Assembly (NCBI GenBank): GCA_963779755.1
Contig: CAVZZO010000001.1
Coordinates: 1,504,001-1,568,000 of the forward strand
Direction of reading: 5' to 3'
DNA length: 64,000 nt
From: an uncultured Gemmatimonadales bacterium
GTDB lineage: Bacteria > Gemmatimonadota > Gemmatimonadetes > Gemmatimonadales > GWC2-71-9
Shown here piece after piece: positions 29,249 to 39,067 of this stretch. The position numbers and the translations under genes are program-made. The notes under the pieces were generated by a model that searched no databases, was not told the origin of the DNA, and saw only the letters and a program-made list of their open reading frames with translations. How positions within the stretch are numbered: the first letter of the stretch is position 1; the number at the start of each line of letters is the position of its first letter.

Positions 29249-30079
29249 GTGTCGTTCGCGCGCTGGAAGCACCGGCTCCTGCCGGTCACACATCGGATCG
29301 CCGTCGCGCTCCTGCTCTGCGCCACCGCCGGTACCGCGTTGCTGCAGGCCCAGGTGCCCGATACCACCAAGCAGCGCCAGAAGGTGGACAGCGCGCTGCA
29401 GAAGCGGGCCGAGCAACGGGTTATCCGCAGCGCCCACAAGATCAAGCTGTGGGAAGTTGCCGCCGTGGCCGGCGGGGTCGCCGTGGCCTCCGCCGCCGAC
29501 CTGACCGTCCGCGACTACGTGCAGGACCACCGCAGCCATTTCCTCGACAGCAAGCTGTCCATCTTCCGACGGGCGGGACAGCCGGAGGTCTACGCCACCG
29601 TCAGCCTCGGCGTGTACGGGGTGGGGCTCATCTCGGGCAGCAAGGAGGTCACCCGGGCCGGTCGCCGGCTGGTGGCCGCGGTGGGGCTGGCGGGCGCCTC
29701 GGCGCTCGCGGTGAAGGAGCTGGTGGGGCGAATCCGCCCCGACGGGGCTCCGGGCGATCAATACCGCTTCAAGCCCTTTTCCGGCAACGACGCCTTCCCT
29801 TCCGGCCATACCACCGCTGCCTTCGCGCTGGCCACGTCCCTGTCCGACGACATCAACAACACCTACGCGTCGATCGCCCTGTATTCCGCCGCCGGCTTTA
29901 CGGCCTGGTCCCGTATCAACGACAACCGGCACTGGTTCAGCGATACCATGGCGGGCGCGGCACTGGGGGTTCTCTCGGCCAAGCTGGTGAACGGTCACTG
30001 GCAGATCTTCAATATCCATCCTCCCGGCTGGCTGGTGGTGCCGACCACCGCCGGCGTGGCGGTGAGCATGCAGTTCTGA
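29249..30079 (+). CDS. PAP2 family phosphatase
   Basis: KELVGRIRP, FPSGH, SRINDNRHWFSD motifs; GGAGG before GTG 29249. Confidence 0.9.
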   Translation: MSFARWKHRLLPVTHRIAVALLLCATAGTALLQAQVPDTTKQRQKVDSALQKRAEQRVIRSAHKIKLWEVAAVAGGVAVASAADLTVRDYVQDHRSHFLDSKLSIFRRAGQPEVYATVSLGVYGVGLISGSKEVTRAGRRLVAAVGLAGASALAVKELVGRIRPDGAPGDQYRFKPFSGNDAFPSGHTTAAFALATSLSDDINNTYASIALYSAAGFTAWSRINDNRHWFSDTMAGAALGVLSAKLVNGHWQIFNIHPPGWLVVPTTAGVAVSMQF

Positions 30080-30094
30080 GAGGGCGGAGAAGGC

Positions 30095-30132
30095 CGAGGG
30101 GGTCGAGGCCCATCCGGACCTCGGCCCCCTCG
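30095..30132. terminator. Hairpin between convergent genes
   Basis: cgagggggtcgagg / cctcggccccctcg. Confidence 0.6.
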
Positions 30133-30157
30133 ATTGTCCTGCGATACGGTATCAGGA

Positions 30158-30724
30158 TCAGTACCCGGACGTGTCCTTCTGAGTGGTATCGTGCCTTATC
30201 CCGGTATCGCCCGGCTGCATGTTCATGCTGCCGCCGGTGGACATCGTATCCCGCGGAATCGGCGCGCAGGCGATGATGGTGCCGGGCTTCTTCTCCGTCC
30301 CGCCGACCTCGTGCACCGCCACGATGTGACTGCCGTCCATGATCGAATCGATGGGCATGTCCACGATGGTCGTACTGTTCAGCGACTGGTCGTTGCCGAC
30401 CACATCCTGCAGGGGCTTCACGACCTTGCCCGGGTTGTCGCAGGTGCCTTCATGGATATGCGCGGGGTGATTCCCCGCCTTGGCCTGCAGCGTGATCACC
30501 ACGGTGGTCCGCTGTTCCAGGGGGGTCAGGCTCAACTGCCCGCTGGCATCGGAGTTGTTCTCCGACTGCAGGTCGATCTTCCTGGTCTGGGGCACGTTGG
30601 TCTCCGCAGCTGGAGCCATCTCGGCGCCAGCCGGCGGGGTCTGCTCGTTGCGCTCCCGCCCGTTACAGGCCATCAGAACCGCGAGGGGGGCGAGGGCCAG
30701 GCCCCAGAGTCTCCGCTGCGTCAT
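30158..30724 (-). CDS. Lipoprotein with Cu/Zn-SOD-like or CHRD-like His motif
   Basis: Lipobox LMAC; HPAHIHEGTC...VAVH...IIAC. Confidence 0.7.
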   Translation of the reverse strand: MTQRRLWGLALAPLAVLMACNGRERNEQTPPAGAEMAPAAETNVPQTRKIDLQSENNSDASGQLSLTPLEQRTTVVITLQAKAGNHPAHIHEGTCDNPGKVVKPLQDVVGNDQSLNSTTIVDMPIDSIMDGSHIVAVHEVGGTEKKPGTIIACAPIPRDTMSTGGSMNMQPGDTGIRHDTTQKDTSGY

Positions 30725-30871
30725 GTGTGTGTCCCTCCTCTGGGTTTCCTACGTAAATCACGGGCGCCGGACGCGCCGACGCCCCGCCGAGTGTTCGGCT
30801 CCCGCAGTGTAGGGAATCTGCCCGTCGGCGGGCCGTGACAGCGCTCACGGGAAAGCGTCGGCCATCCCGGG

Positions 30872-30901
30872 TTGACATTCCGACTAAAAAGGTCGTATTT
30901 C
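30872..30901 (+). promoter_or_regulatory. Putative sigma70 promoter for the sulfurtransferase gene
   Basis: Perfect TTGACA at 30872; weak TATTTC 18 nt downstream. Confidence 0.4.
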
Positions 30902-30937
30902 CTTCCCGTTCTCTGCTCATCCTCCGAGGGTCCCGCC

Positions 30938-31825
30938 ATGCCTGATACCACAACCGACGCCACGCCCATTGCCGCGCGGGGATACGCGCACCCCGAAGTC
31001 CTGGTCTCGACCGACTGGGTGGCCGAGCATCTCGACGATCCGTCCGTGCGCCTGGTGGAATCGGATGAGGATCTGCTGCTGTACGACTCGGGCCACATCC
31101 CGGGGGCGGTCAAGGTGGACTGGGTGAACGACCTCAACGATCCCCTCCTGCGCGACTACGTGGGGCGGGAGCAGCTGCAGGCGCTGCTGCGCTCCCTGGG
31201 GATCAGCCGGGAGACGACCATCGTGCTCTACGGCGACAAGAACAACTGGTGGGCCACCTACGCCTTCTGGGTGTTCCGGCTGTTCGGGCTGGACCGGCTC
31301 CGCATCATGGACGGCGGCCGCGCCCGCTGGGCAGACGAGGGGCGCCCCCTGGTGAAGGAGGTCCCCTCCTATCCCGAGGGCAACATTACCTTGGCCGACC
31401 GCAACGACCAGGCGATCCGGGCTTTCCGTGACGACGTGTTGCAGCACCTGGCCCGTAAGGGTCCGCTGGTGGATGTGCGCAGTCCGGAGGAGTACCGCGG
31501 CGAGCGGCTGCACATGGCCGACTACCCCAATGAGGGCGCGCTGCGGGGTGGCCATATTCCGGGGGCGCGGAACATTCCCTGGGGCCGCGCGATCACGCCG
31601 GAGACGCACACCTTCCGCCCGGCCGACGAGCTGCGCGCGATCTACCAGGAGGAGCAGGGCCTGGCGCCGGGGCAGAAGATCATCGCCTACTGCCGGATCG
31701 GCGAGCGGTCGTCGCACACCTGGTTCGTGCTGACCTATCTGCTGGGGTTCGCCGGCGTGCGGAACTACGACGGGTCCTGGACGGAGTGGGGCAATTCGGT
31801 GGGAGTGCCGATCGAGCGTCCCTGA
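30938..31825 (+). CDS. Tandem-rhodanese sulfurtransferase
   Basis: GHIPGA twice; YCRIGERS active site; NYDGSWTEW. Confidence 0.95.
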   Translation: MPDTTTDATPIAARGYAHPEVLVSTDWVAEHLDDPSVRLVESDEDLLLYDSGHIPGAVKVDWVNDLNDPLLRDYVGREQLQALLRSLGISRETTIVLYGDKNNWWATYAFWVFRLFGLDRLRIMDGGRARWADEGRPLVKEVPSYPEGNITLADRNDQAIRAFRDDVLQHLARKGPLVDVRSPEEYRGERLHMADYPNEGALRGGHIPGARNIPWGRAITPETHTFRPADELRAIYQEEQGLAPGQKIIAYCRIGERSSHTWFVLTYLLGFAGVRNYDGSWTEWGNSVGVPIERP

Positions 31826-32232
31826 ACCGCGACCATGGCCTTCAGACGGCGCACCACGGCGCTGAGTCCCTGGGTCCGCGTCATGCCCAGCGCCTCGGTG
31901 AGCCGGAGGCGGTCGAGCAGATCGTCCGGGAGTTCCGCCACCTGGGTGGCCGGTTTGCCGTCCAGGGCGGCCAGCAGCAGGGAGACGAACCCCCGCACGG
32001 TGGGTGACTCCCGCGGGATATCGGCCCCGAAGTGCACCACCCCCTCAGCAATCTCTACCCAGAGAAAGACCGGTGTCTGGCATTCGGCAATCCGGTGCAG
32101 CTCGCGGTCGCTGTCGGCCTGAAACCGCTGCGGCAGGGGCGGGAGCCGCTCGGAGTACTGTAGCAGCATCTCCAGCCGCCCGGTGCGGTCCATCCGCTGG
32201 AATCGATCGACGACACGCGCAAGATCGGGCAT
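31765..32232 (-). CDS. SufE family sulfur acceptor protein
   Basis: LPPLP...[24 protein letters not shown]. Confidence 0.9.
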   Translation of the reverse strand: MPDLARVVDRFQRMDRTGRLEMLLQYSERLPPLPQRFQADSDRELHRIAECQTPVFLWVEIAEGVVHFGADIPRESPTVRGFVSLLLAALDGKPATQVAELPDDLLDRLRLTEALGMTRTQGLSAVVRRLKAMVAVQGRSIGTPTELPHSVQDPS

Positions 32233-32245
32233 GAACGGAAGCTAA

Positions 32246-32313
32246 CAGGACGGCCCCGAAGGCCTTCCTCCCGGCCCTCGCTCTTGGAGGCCGCTCGGTT
32301 GCAGGAGGGCAGG
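32246..32313. repeat. Diverged copy of the 54-bp element duplicated at 63004
   Basis: caggacggccccgaaggccttcctcccggccctcgctcttggaggccgctcggttgcaggagggcagg aligns to 63004-63117. Confidence 0.8.
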
Positions 32314-32387
32314 TTGCTCATCTGGTGGCTAAAGTGTAATGTCGCTTCGCCGTACCGCCGGACCCGCGTCCCTCTACGGGAGGCTCC

Positions 32388-32957
32388 ATGCATCGTCGTG
32401 AAGCCGTGGCCGCCCTTGGCGGCATCCTGGCCCTGCCGGCCCTGCGCCGCCTGCCGGCCGATCCGCTGGCCCGTGCCCGGGTGGCCCACGAGCAGGCCGC
32501 CCGCATCCCGCCGGACTTTTTCAACCCCCACCAGCGCGAGACGGTCACCACGGTGGCCGAGTTGATCATTCCGGCTACCGATACGCCGGGGGCCCGGGAG
32601 GCGGGCGTGGGCGGGTTCATCGAGCTGATCGTGGGCTCCTGGTACACCGACCTGGACCGGGATGCCTTCCTGCAGGGCCTGCGCGGTCTGGACGAGCAGA
32701 GCCGCGCGGCTTTCGGTGCCGATTTTCTGGGGGGAACCCCGGGGCAGCAGGTTGACTTGCTGACCGCGCTGGAGGCCGAGGCGCGCCGGAACCCGGCGTC
32801 CCAGCGGCCCACTCCCTTCTTTTCCCGCATCAAGTCCCTCACCATTTCGGGCTACTACACCTCGGAGCTGGGCATGCGGGACGAGCTGCACTACGAAGTC
32901 ATCCCGGGATCCTACGACGGGTGCGTGCCGCTGTCGCACCGGGCGGGTGGGCAATGA
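32388..32957 (+). CDS. Gluconate 2-dehydrogenase subunit 3 family protein (Tat)
   Basis: RREA Tat-like leader; IIPATDTPGA; GYYTSE.G. Confidence 0.9.
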   Translation: MHRREAVAALGGILALPALRRLPADPLARARVAHEQAARIPPDFFNPHQRETVTTVAELIIPATDTPGAREAGVGGFIELIVGSWYTDLDRDAFLQGLRGLDEQSRAAFGADFLGGTPGQQVDLLTALEAEARRNPASQRPTPFFSRIKSLTISGYYTSELGMRDELHYEVIPGSYDGCVPLSHRAGGQ

Positions 32958-34636
32958 GCCCGGACTACGATGCCATCGTCGTGGGGTCGGGCATCACCGG
33001 CGGCTGGGCGGCCAAGGGATTGTGCGAGCACGGCCTGCGCACCCTGGTGCTGGAAGCGGGCCGGCCTATCGATCCCGGGAAGGACTACTGCGAACATGTC
33101 CTGCCCTGGCAGATGCCGTTCCGCGGCTGGGGCGACCGGACCGCGCTGGAACGGGACCAGCCGATCCAGCGGCACTGTTACGCCTGCGATGAATGGAGCG
33201 GCAAGTTCTTCGTGAACGACCGGGAGAATCCCTACGTCTTCGATCCGGCAACGCCGTTCCACTGGATCCGCGGCCGGCAGGTGGGTGGGCGGTCGATCAT
33301 GTGGGGGCGGCAGGTGTACCGCTGGAGCGACCTCGATTTCGAGGCCAATGCCCGCGACGGCCACGGGGTGGACTGGCCCATCCGCTACGCCGATCTCGAG
33401 CCCTGGTACGATTACGTCGAGAAGTTCATCGGGATCAGCGGCGAGCGCCTGGGCCTGCCCCAGCTCCCCGACGGCCAGTTCCTCCCTCCGATGAACATGA
33501 ACTGCGCCGAACTCGGCGTGCGCGAGGCCGTGGGCCGCCACTGGGCCGGCGAGCGCGTGGTGACCATCGGCCGCTGCGCCATCCTGACCCGGCCGCACGG
33601 CGGCCGCGCGGCCTGCCACTACTGCGGGCCCTGCGAGCGGGGCTGCATCACCCACAGCTACTTCAACAGTATCGGGGTGACGCTGCCGGCCGCCCGGGCC
33701 ACGGGACGGTTGACGCTGCGGCCGTTCAGCGTGGTCCACAGCGTCATCTATGACGAGCGGCGGGGCCGGGCCGCGGGCGTGCGGGTGATCGACGCGAACA
33801 CCCGCCAATCTCTGGAGTTCCGCGCCCGGATCATTTTCCTCTGCGCGTCCACCCTGGAGTCCACCCGGCTGCTGCTGCACTCGGCGACGCCCCGCTTCAG
33901 TGCCGGCCTGGCCAATTCCAGCGGGCAGCTGGGCCGCAACCTGATGGATCATTGCATGGGAGGCGGCGCCGGCGGCACGCTGGACGGTATGACCGACCGG
34001 ACCACCCACGGGCGCCGGCCCAACGGGATCTACGTGCCCCGGTTCCGCAACGTGAAGGATGCCCACCCCGGCTTCCTCCGGGGCTACGGTTTCCAGGGTG
34101 GTGGCGGGCGCTCGGGCTGGGGGCGCGGCAGCACCCTGCCCGGCTTCGGGGCCGGGCTGAAGGAAGCCCTCCGGACCCCGGGGCCGTGGGGGTTTTCGTT
34201 CTACGGCTTCGGCGAGTGCCTGCCGCGGCCCACCAACTTCGTGGAACTGGATCCCGATGTACAGGATGCCTGGGGGATCCCCGCGCTGCGGATTCACTGC
34301 ACCTGGAGCGAGAACGAGCGGGCCCTGCTCCAGGACATGTCGGAGACCGCGGCAGAGATGCTGGAGGCCGCCGGGGCCCGCGATATCCAGCCGTTCGTGC
34401 AGGACAACCCGCCGGGCCTGACCATCCACGAAATGGGCACCGCGCGGATGGGGCGCGATCCGGCGACCTCGGTGCTGAACGCCCACAACCAGTGCCACGA
34501 TGTGCCCAATCTCTTCGTGACCGACGGCGCCGGCATGGCGTCGTCGGCCTGCCAGAATCCCTCCATCACCTACATGGCCTTGACCGCCCGCGCCGCGGCG
34601 TACGCGGTGGAGCAGCTCAAGCGCCGGGAGCTGTGA
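32954..34636 (+). CDS. GMC oxidoreductase (glucoside 3-dehydrogenase-like)
   Basis: VGSGITGGWAAK, VGGRSIMWGRQ, HEMGTARMG, QNPSITYMALT. Confidence 0.93.
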   Translation: MSPDYDAIVVGSGITGGWAAKGLCEHGLRTLVLEAGRPIDPGKDYCEHVLPWQMPFRGWGDRTALERDQPIQRHCYACDEWSGKFFVNDRENPYVFDPATPFHWIRGRQVGGRSIMWGRQVYRWSDLDFEANARDGHGVDWPIRYADLEPWYDYVEKFIGISGERLGLPQLPDGQFLPPMNMNCAELGVREAVGRHWAGERVVTIGRCAILTRPHGGRAACHYCGPCERGCITHSYFNSIGVTLPAARATGRLTLRPFSVVHSVIYDERRGRAAGVRVIDANTRQSLEFRARIIFLCASTLESTRLLLHSATPRFSAGLANSSGQLGRNLMDHCMGGGAGGTLDGMTDRTTHGRRPNGIYVPRFRNVKDAHPGFLRGYGFQGGGGRSGWGRGSTLPGFGAGLKEALRTPGPWGFSFYGFGECLPRPTNFVELDPDVQDAWGIPALRIHCTWSENERALLQDMSETAAEMLEAAGARDIQPFVQDNPPGLTIHEMGTARMGRDPATSVLNAHNQCHDVPNLFVTDGAGMASSACQNPSITYMALTARAAAYAVEQLKRREL

Positions 34637-35478
34637 GCGTGACCGACCGCCGATCCTTCCTCCAGGCGCTGGGCGCCGCCGGTTTTGCCGCCTCGCTCCC
34701 CGGCACCCTGGGGGCCCGCCTTCCGGCGCGCGATCGTCTGGGAGCGATCGGCGTGCAGCTCTACTCCGTGCGCGACCTCATGCAGCAGGATTTCGAGGGC
34801 ACCCTGGCCCGGGTGGCGGAAATCGGCTACCGCCAGGTGGAGTTCGCCGGCTATTTCGGCCGGTCACCCGTGGAGGTCCGCGCCATCCTCGACCGCCACG
34901 GGCTCACCGCCCCCTCCTCTCATCTGGCCATCGAAACCCTGGAGCAGGGCTGGGACGAGGCGCTGGAGGCGGCCAGGACCATCGGGCACCGCTACCTGGT
35001 GGTTGCCTGGGTGCCCCAGGAACGGCGGCCCACGCTGGCCGGGTGGCGCGAGGTCGCCGGGCTGTTCAACCGGGCCGGCGCCCGCGCCCACGAGGCCGGC
35101 ATCGGGTTCGCCTTCCACAACCACGACTACGAATTCGTGCCGCTGGAGGGGAAGCTGCCCTACGACGTGCTGCTCGAGGCCACCGATCCCGCCACCGTCC
35201 GGATGGAAATGGATCTCTACTGGATTACCAAGGGGGGTGGCGATCCACTGGCCTATTTCGCGCGGTATCCCGGCCGGTTTCCCATGGTGCACGTGAAGGA
35301 CATGGCGCCCGATCAGAGCATGGTGGACGTCGGCGCGGGGACCATCGACTGGGCGAAGATCTTCCGGCATCACCGGCAGGCGGGCATCGAGTACTATTTC
35401 GTCGAGCACGACGAGCCGAAGGATCCCTTCGCCAGCATCGCGGCGAGCTATCGATATCTGCGGCACCTCGATTTCTAG
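34633..35478 (+). CDS. Sugar phosphate isomerase/epimerase TIM barrel (Tat)
   Basis: RRSFL; GVQLYSVR; FHNHDYEF; EMDLYW; HVKD; VEHD. Confidence 0.9.
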   Translation: MSVTDRRSFLQALGAAGFAASLPGTLGARLPARDRLGAIGVQLYSVRDLMQQDFEGTLARVAEIGYRQVEFAGYFGRSPVEVRAILDRHGLTAPSSHLAIETLEQGWDEALEAARTIGHRYLVVAWVPQERRPTLAGWREVAGLFNRAGARAHEAGIGFAFHNHDYEFVPLEGKLPYDVLLEATDPATVRMEMDLYWITKGGGDPLAYFARYPGRFPMVHVKDMAPDQSMVDVGAGTIDWAKIFRHHRQAGIEYYFVEHDEPKDPFASIAASYRYLRHLDF

Positions 35479-35535
35479 CAGGAATCAGGTATCGGGACGC
35501 AGGGGGACCGGCATCCATCCTGATTCCCGATTCCT
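35479..35535. repeat. TCAGGAA-type heptamer inverted repeat inside an operon
   Basis: caggaatcaggtatcggga / tcctgattcccgattcct. Confidence 0.7.
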
Positions 35536-35558
35536 CCCACTCTGATCCCGGGATACGG

Positions 35559-36428
35559 ATGGGCTCCATCACCAGACGCGAAGCGATCGCTGCCTCCGCC
35601 GGACTGGCGGGGGCGCTCCTGCTGCCCGGCACCGGCCCTGCTCCGCTGGTCCGGGCCGCCGGCCCCGGCCGTCTCAAGCAGTCGGTTTGCCGCTGGGCGT
35701 GGGGCGGCCTGTCCCTGGACCGGCTCTGCCGGGCGGGCAAGGCGCTGGGGCTCGCGGGGATCGACCTGCTGAACATTCCGGACTGGCAGCGGGTGGTGGA
35801 CTATGGCCTGCTCTGTACCATGGGCTACCCGGCCGACCGGCCGGATTTCAACACCACCGGGTTCAACGACCGGCGCCATCACCCCATGCTGCTGAGGGAG
35901 CTGGAAGGGGCGCTGCCGCTGGCGGCCCGGCATGGCATCCCCAACCTGCTGGCGATGGTGGGTAACCGCGAGGGGCGCAGCGACGCCGACGGCATCGCCG
36001 CATGCGCCGAAGGGCTGCGGCAGATCGCGCCGCTGGCGGAAGAGCAGGGGGTGACGATCTGTGTGGAGCTGCTGAACAGCCGGGTGGACCACAAGGACTA
36101 CCAGGGCGACCACACCGCCTTCGGCCTGGCGGTGCTGCGGGAGGTCGGGTCACCCCGGGTCAGGCTGCTCTATGACATCTATCATATGCAGATCATGGAA
36201 GGCGATATCATCCGCACCATCCGTGATCATCTGCCGGAGATCGGCCATTTTCACACCGGCGGGGTGCCGGGCCGGCACGAACTCGACGGGTCGCAGGAAC
36301 TGCAGTACCCGGCCATTGCCAGGGCTATCGCCGATGCCGGGTTCACCGGATATCTGGCTCACGAGTTCGAGCCGACCGGCAACCCCATTGCCTCCCTGCG
36401 GCAGGCCGTAGAGGCCTGCCGGGTCTGA
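35559..36428 (+). CDS. Hydroxypyruvate isomerase-like TIM barrel (Tat)
   Basis: TRREA; ELLNSRVDHKDYQ; LYDIYHMQIMEGD; PGRHE; HEF. Confidence 0.9.
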   Translation: MGSITRREAIAASAGLAGALLLPGTGPAPLVRAAGPGRLKQSVCRWAWGGLSLDRLCRAGKALGLAGIDLLNIPDWQRVVDYGLLCTMGYPADRPDFNTTGFNDRRHHPMLLRELEGALPLAARHGIPNLLAMVGNREGRSDADGIAACAEGLRQIAPLAEEQGVTICVELLNSRVDHKDYQGDHTAFGLAVLREVGSPRVRLLYDIYHMQIMEGDIIRTIRDHLPEIGHFHTGGVPGRHELDGSQELQYPAIARAIADAGFTGYLAHEFEPTGNPIASLRQAVEACRV

Positions 36429-36566
36429 GCGGGCAGAGACCTCTTCGCTGTCGTTCCGGCCGGCCGGCGCGCCCGGCAGTGGGTCCTCGCTGGCGTTCTC
36501 GCCTCGATCCTGTCATGTTCCATTTCCTTCTCCACCACCCCGCACTTTCTCGTGGGACACTCCGAC

Positions 36567-38258
36567 ATGTCCTCAGGCTCGTCCAAGACGTACGACGTTG
36601 TCATCGTCGGCTCCGGAGCCGGCGGCGGTATGGCCGCGTGGGCCCTTACCCAGGCAGGGGCGGAGGTGGCGGTGCTGGAGGCCGGTCCCCTGTGGTTCAG
36701 CACCAGGGATTCGGCCATGTTCAAGTGGGCCTACGACTCCCCCCGCCGGGGCGCGTCGACGCCCACGCGGCCGTTTGGCGAGTTCGATGCCTGCGACGGC
36801 GGCTGGGATATTCCGGGAGAGCCCTACACCCGGGCCCCCGGGACCAAGTTCGACTGGTGGCGCGCCCGCATGCTGGGGGGGCGCACCAACCACTGGGGCC
36901 GGATCTCCCTGCGGTTCGGGCCCTACGATTTCCAGCGGAGAACCCGGGACGGCCTGGGGCAAGACTGGCCCATCCGCTACGAAGACCTGGCACCGTGGTA
37001 CGATCGGGTGGACCGGCTGATCGGGTTGTTCGGCAGCCCGGAGAACCTCCCCAACGAGCCCAACGGGGTGTTCATGCCCCCGCCGGCGCCCCGCTGCTAC
37101 GAGCTGTTGGTCAAGCGGGCCTGCGACAAGCTCGACATCACCTGCATTCCGTCGCGCCTGTCCATCATTACCCGGCCGCTCAACGGCCGGCCCGGGTGTC
37201 ACTACTGCGGTGAGTGCAACCGGGGGTGCGGGGTCAACGCGAATTTCTCCTCTCCCGGCGTGCTGCTGAAACCGGCCCTCGATACCGGCCGGCTCACGCT
37301 GATCCCCAATGCCATGGCCCGGGAGGTGACGCTGGACCGGTCGGGACGTGCCCGCGGGGTGACGTACGTCGACAAGTCCACCGGCACCGAATCCTCCATC
37401 CAGGGGCGGGTGGTCGTGCTCGCCGCCAGCGCCTGCGAATCCGCCCGGCTCCTGCTCAACTCCAGGTCTTCGAAGTTCCCCGACGGGCTGGCCAACGGGA
37501 GCGGCCAGGTGGGCAAGTGGCTCACCGACACCACCGGCACCGACATGGCGGGGTTCATTCCCCGGCTGGCGGGCAACCTGCCGCACAACGAGGACGGTGT
37601 GGGGGGCATGCACGTCTACATGCCCTGGTGGCTGGACAATGCCAAGCTCGACTTTCCGCGCGGCTATCACATCGAGGTCTGGGGCGGCCGCGGCATGCCG
37701 AGTTACGGGTTCATGGGAGGGATTCAGGGCTATCCCGGGGGCGGCGGGTACGGCCGGAACCTGAAGGATCTCTACCGCCGCTATTACGGCTCGGTGGTAG
37801 GGTTCAGCGGCCGGGGCGAGATGATCCCCAACGCGCACAGCTTCTGCGACATCGACCCGGAGGTGAAGGACCAATGGGGCATTCCAGTGCTCCGGTTCCA
37901 CTGGCGCTGGTCCCGGCACGAGATCCTGCAGGTGAAGCACATGCAGGAAACCTTTCATGCCATCATCGATGCCATGGGGGGTACGCCGCTGTGGAAGATG
38001 CCGGGGCCGGAGGACGATTACGGCATCGCCTCGGGCGGGCGCATCATCCACGAGCTGGGCACCACCCGCATGGGCAGCGACCCGAACGGCTCGGTGGTCA
38101 ACGGCTGGTGCCAGGCGCACGAGGTCAAGAACCTGTTCATCACCGACGGCGGTCCGTTCGTGTCCCAGGCGGACAAGAACCCGACCTGGACGATCCTCGC
38201 GCTCAGCATGCGCGCCAGCGACTACATCGCCCGCCAGCGTAAGGCGGGGGCGCTGTGA
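36567..38258 (+). CDS. GMC oxidoreductase (second paralogue)
   Basis: VGSGAGGG; LGGRTNHWGRI; IIHELG; KNPTWTILALS. Confidence 0.93.
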   Translation: MSSGSSKTYDVVIVGSGAGGGMAAWALTQAGAEVAVLEAGPLWFSTRDSAMFKWAYDSPRRGASTPTRPFGEFDACDGGWDIPGEPYTRAPGTKFDWWRARMLGGRTNHWGRISLRFGPYDFQRRTRDGLGQDWPIRYEDLAPWYDRVDRLIGLFGSPENLPNEPNGVFMPPPAPRCYELLVKRACDKLDITCIPSRLSIITRPLNGRPGCHYCGECNRGCGVNANFSSPGVLLKPALDTGRLTLIPNAMAREVTLDRSGRARGVTYVDKSTGTESSIQGRVVVLAASACESARLLLNSRSSKFPDGLANGSGQVGKWLTDTTGTDMAGFIPRLAGNLPHNEDGVGGMHVYMPWWLDNAKLDFPRGYHIEVWGGRGMPSYGFMGGIQGYPGGGGYGRNLKDLYRRYYGSVVGFSGRGEMIPNAHSFCDIDPEVKDQWGIPVLRFHWRWSRHEILQVKHMQETFHAIIDAMGGTPLWKMPGPEDDYGIASGGRIIHELGTTRMGSDPNGSVVNGWCQAHEVKNLFITDGGPFVSQADKNPTWTILALSMRASDYIARQRKAGAL

Positions 38259-38266
38259 ACGGAGAG

Positions 38267-38348
38267 CCGCCAAGGCGCGACGATCGCGAAGGGGTCGCAA
38301 AGAACCGTTGGTGGCTCCACGGCCTTCGCGATCTCTGCGTCTTCGCGG
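38267..38348. repeat. Inverted-repeat element with approximately 9-nt periodic arms
   Basis: gatcgcgaagg (38282-38292) / ccttcgcgatc (38323-38333), plus imperfect outer arms. Confidence 0.65.
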
Positions 38349-38373
38349 TGAATGCACTCACTGGAGGCATGCT

Positions 38374-38964
38374 ATGGATCCCGTAAACCGTCGAGAGGCG
38401 GTAGCGCTTCTCAGCTCCGCCGCGCTCACTCTCGGCTTCCGGTGGACGCCGGCGGATGTGGATCGCGCCGCGCGCGCGGCCGGTGCCGCGCTGGCGGAGG
38501 GGAACTTCGCCCCGAAGTTCTTCACGCCCCACGAATGGGAGACGGTCCGCCTCCTCACCGACCTGATCCTGCCGGCCGATGGCCGGTCGGGGAGCGCCAC
38601 CGATGCGGGCGTGCCCGAATTCATGGATTTCATGATGACCGACCGGCCGGAGAACCAGCAGGCCATGCGCGACGGGCTGGGGTGGCTGGATGCCGAGTGC
38701 CGGCGGCGGTTCCAGAAGCCCTTCACCGGCTGCGCCGCCGCCCAGCGAAAGGCGCTGCTGGATCTCCTCGCGTGGCCCGACCGCGCGCCGGCACCGGTCA
38801 AGGAAGGGGTGGCGTTCTTCAACAGCTTCCGGGACCTCACCGCCAGCGGTTTCTGGTCCAGCAAGATGGGCGTCGAGGATCTCCAGTACATGGGGAATAC
38901 CTATGTGCAGGAGTGGAACGGCTGCCCCCCCGAAGTGTTGAAGCACCTGGGGCTGGGAACATGA
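38374..38964 (+). CDS. Gluconate 2-dehydrogenase subunit 3 family protein (Tat)
   Basis: NRREA; ILPADGRSGSATDAGV; GFWSSKMG. Confidence 0.9.
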   Translation: MDPVNRREAVALLSSAALTLGFRWTPADVDRAARAAGAALAEGNFAPKFFTPHEWETVRLLTDLILPADGRSGSATDAGVPEFMDFMMTDRPENQQAMRDGLGWLDAECRRRFQKPFTGCAAAQRKALLDLLAWPDRAPAPVKEGVAFFNSFRDLTASGFWSSKMGVEDLQYMGNTYVQEWNGCPPEVLKHLGLGT

Positions 38965-38996
38965 GACGTAAGACGTGAGACGTGAGGCGTAAGGCA
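38962..38996 (+). repeat. Five stop-codon-initiated heptamers
   Basis: tgagacg taagacg tgagacg tgaggcg taaggca, starting at the upstream gene's TGA. Confidence 0.85.
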
Positions 38997-39067
38997 TTTC
39001 CGACCTCAGACGCTCGACCGCGTTGACCCCCCGGCCCTCTCGACCACTTCAGGAGTACATCGCACCC

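Noticed and set aside
33952..34632. Upstream extensions of ORFs 33952..35478, 35043..36428 and 37957..38964
   Set aside because: They overlap the preceding genes in other frames; the true starts coincide with Tat leaders.
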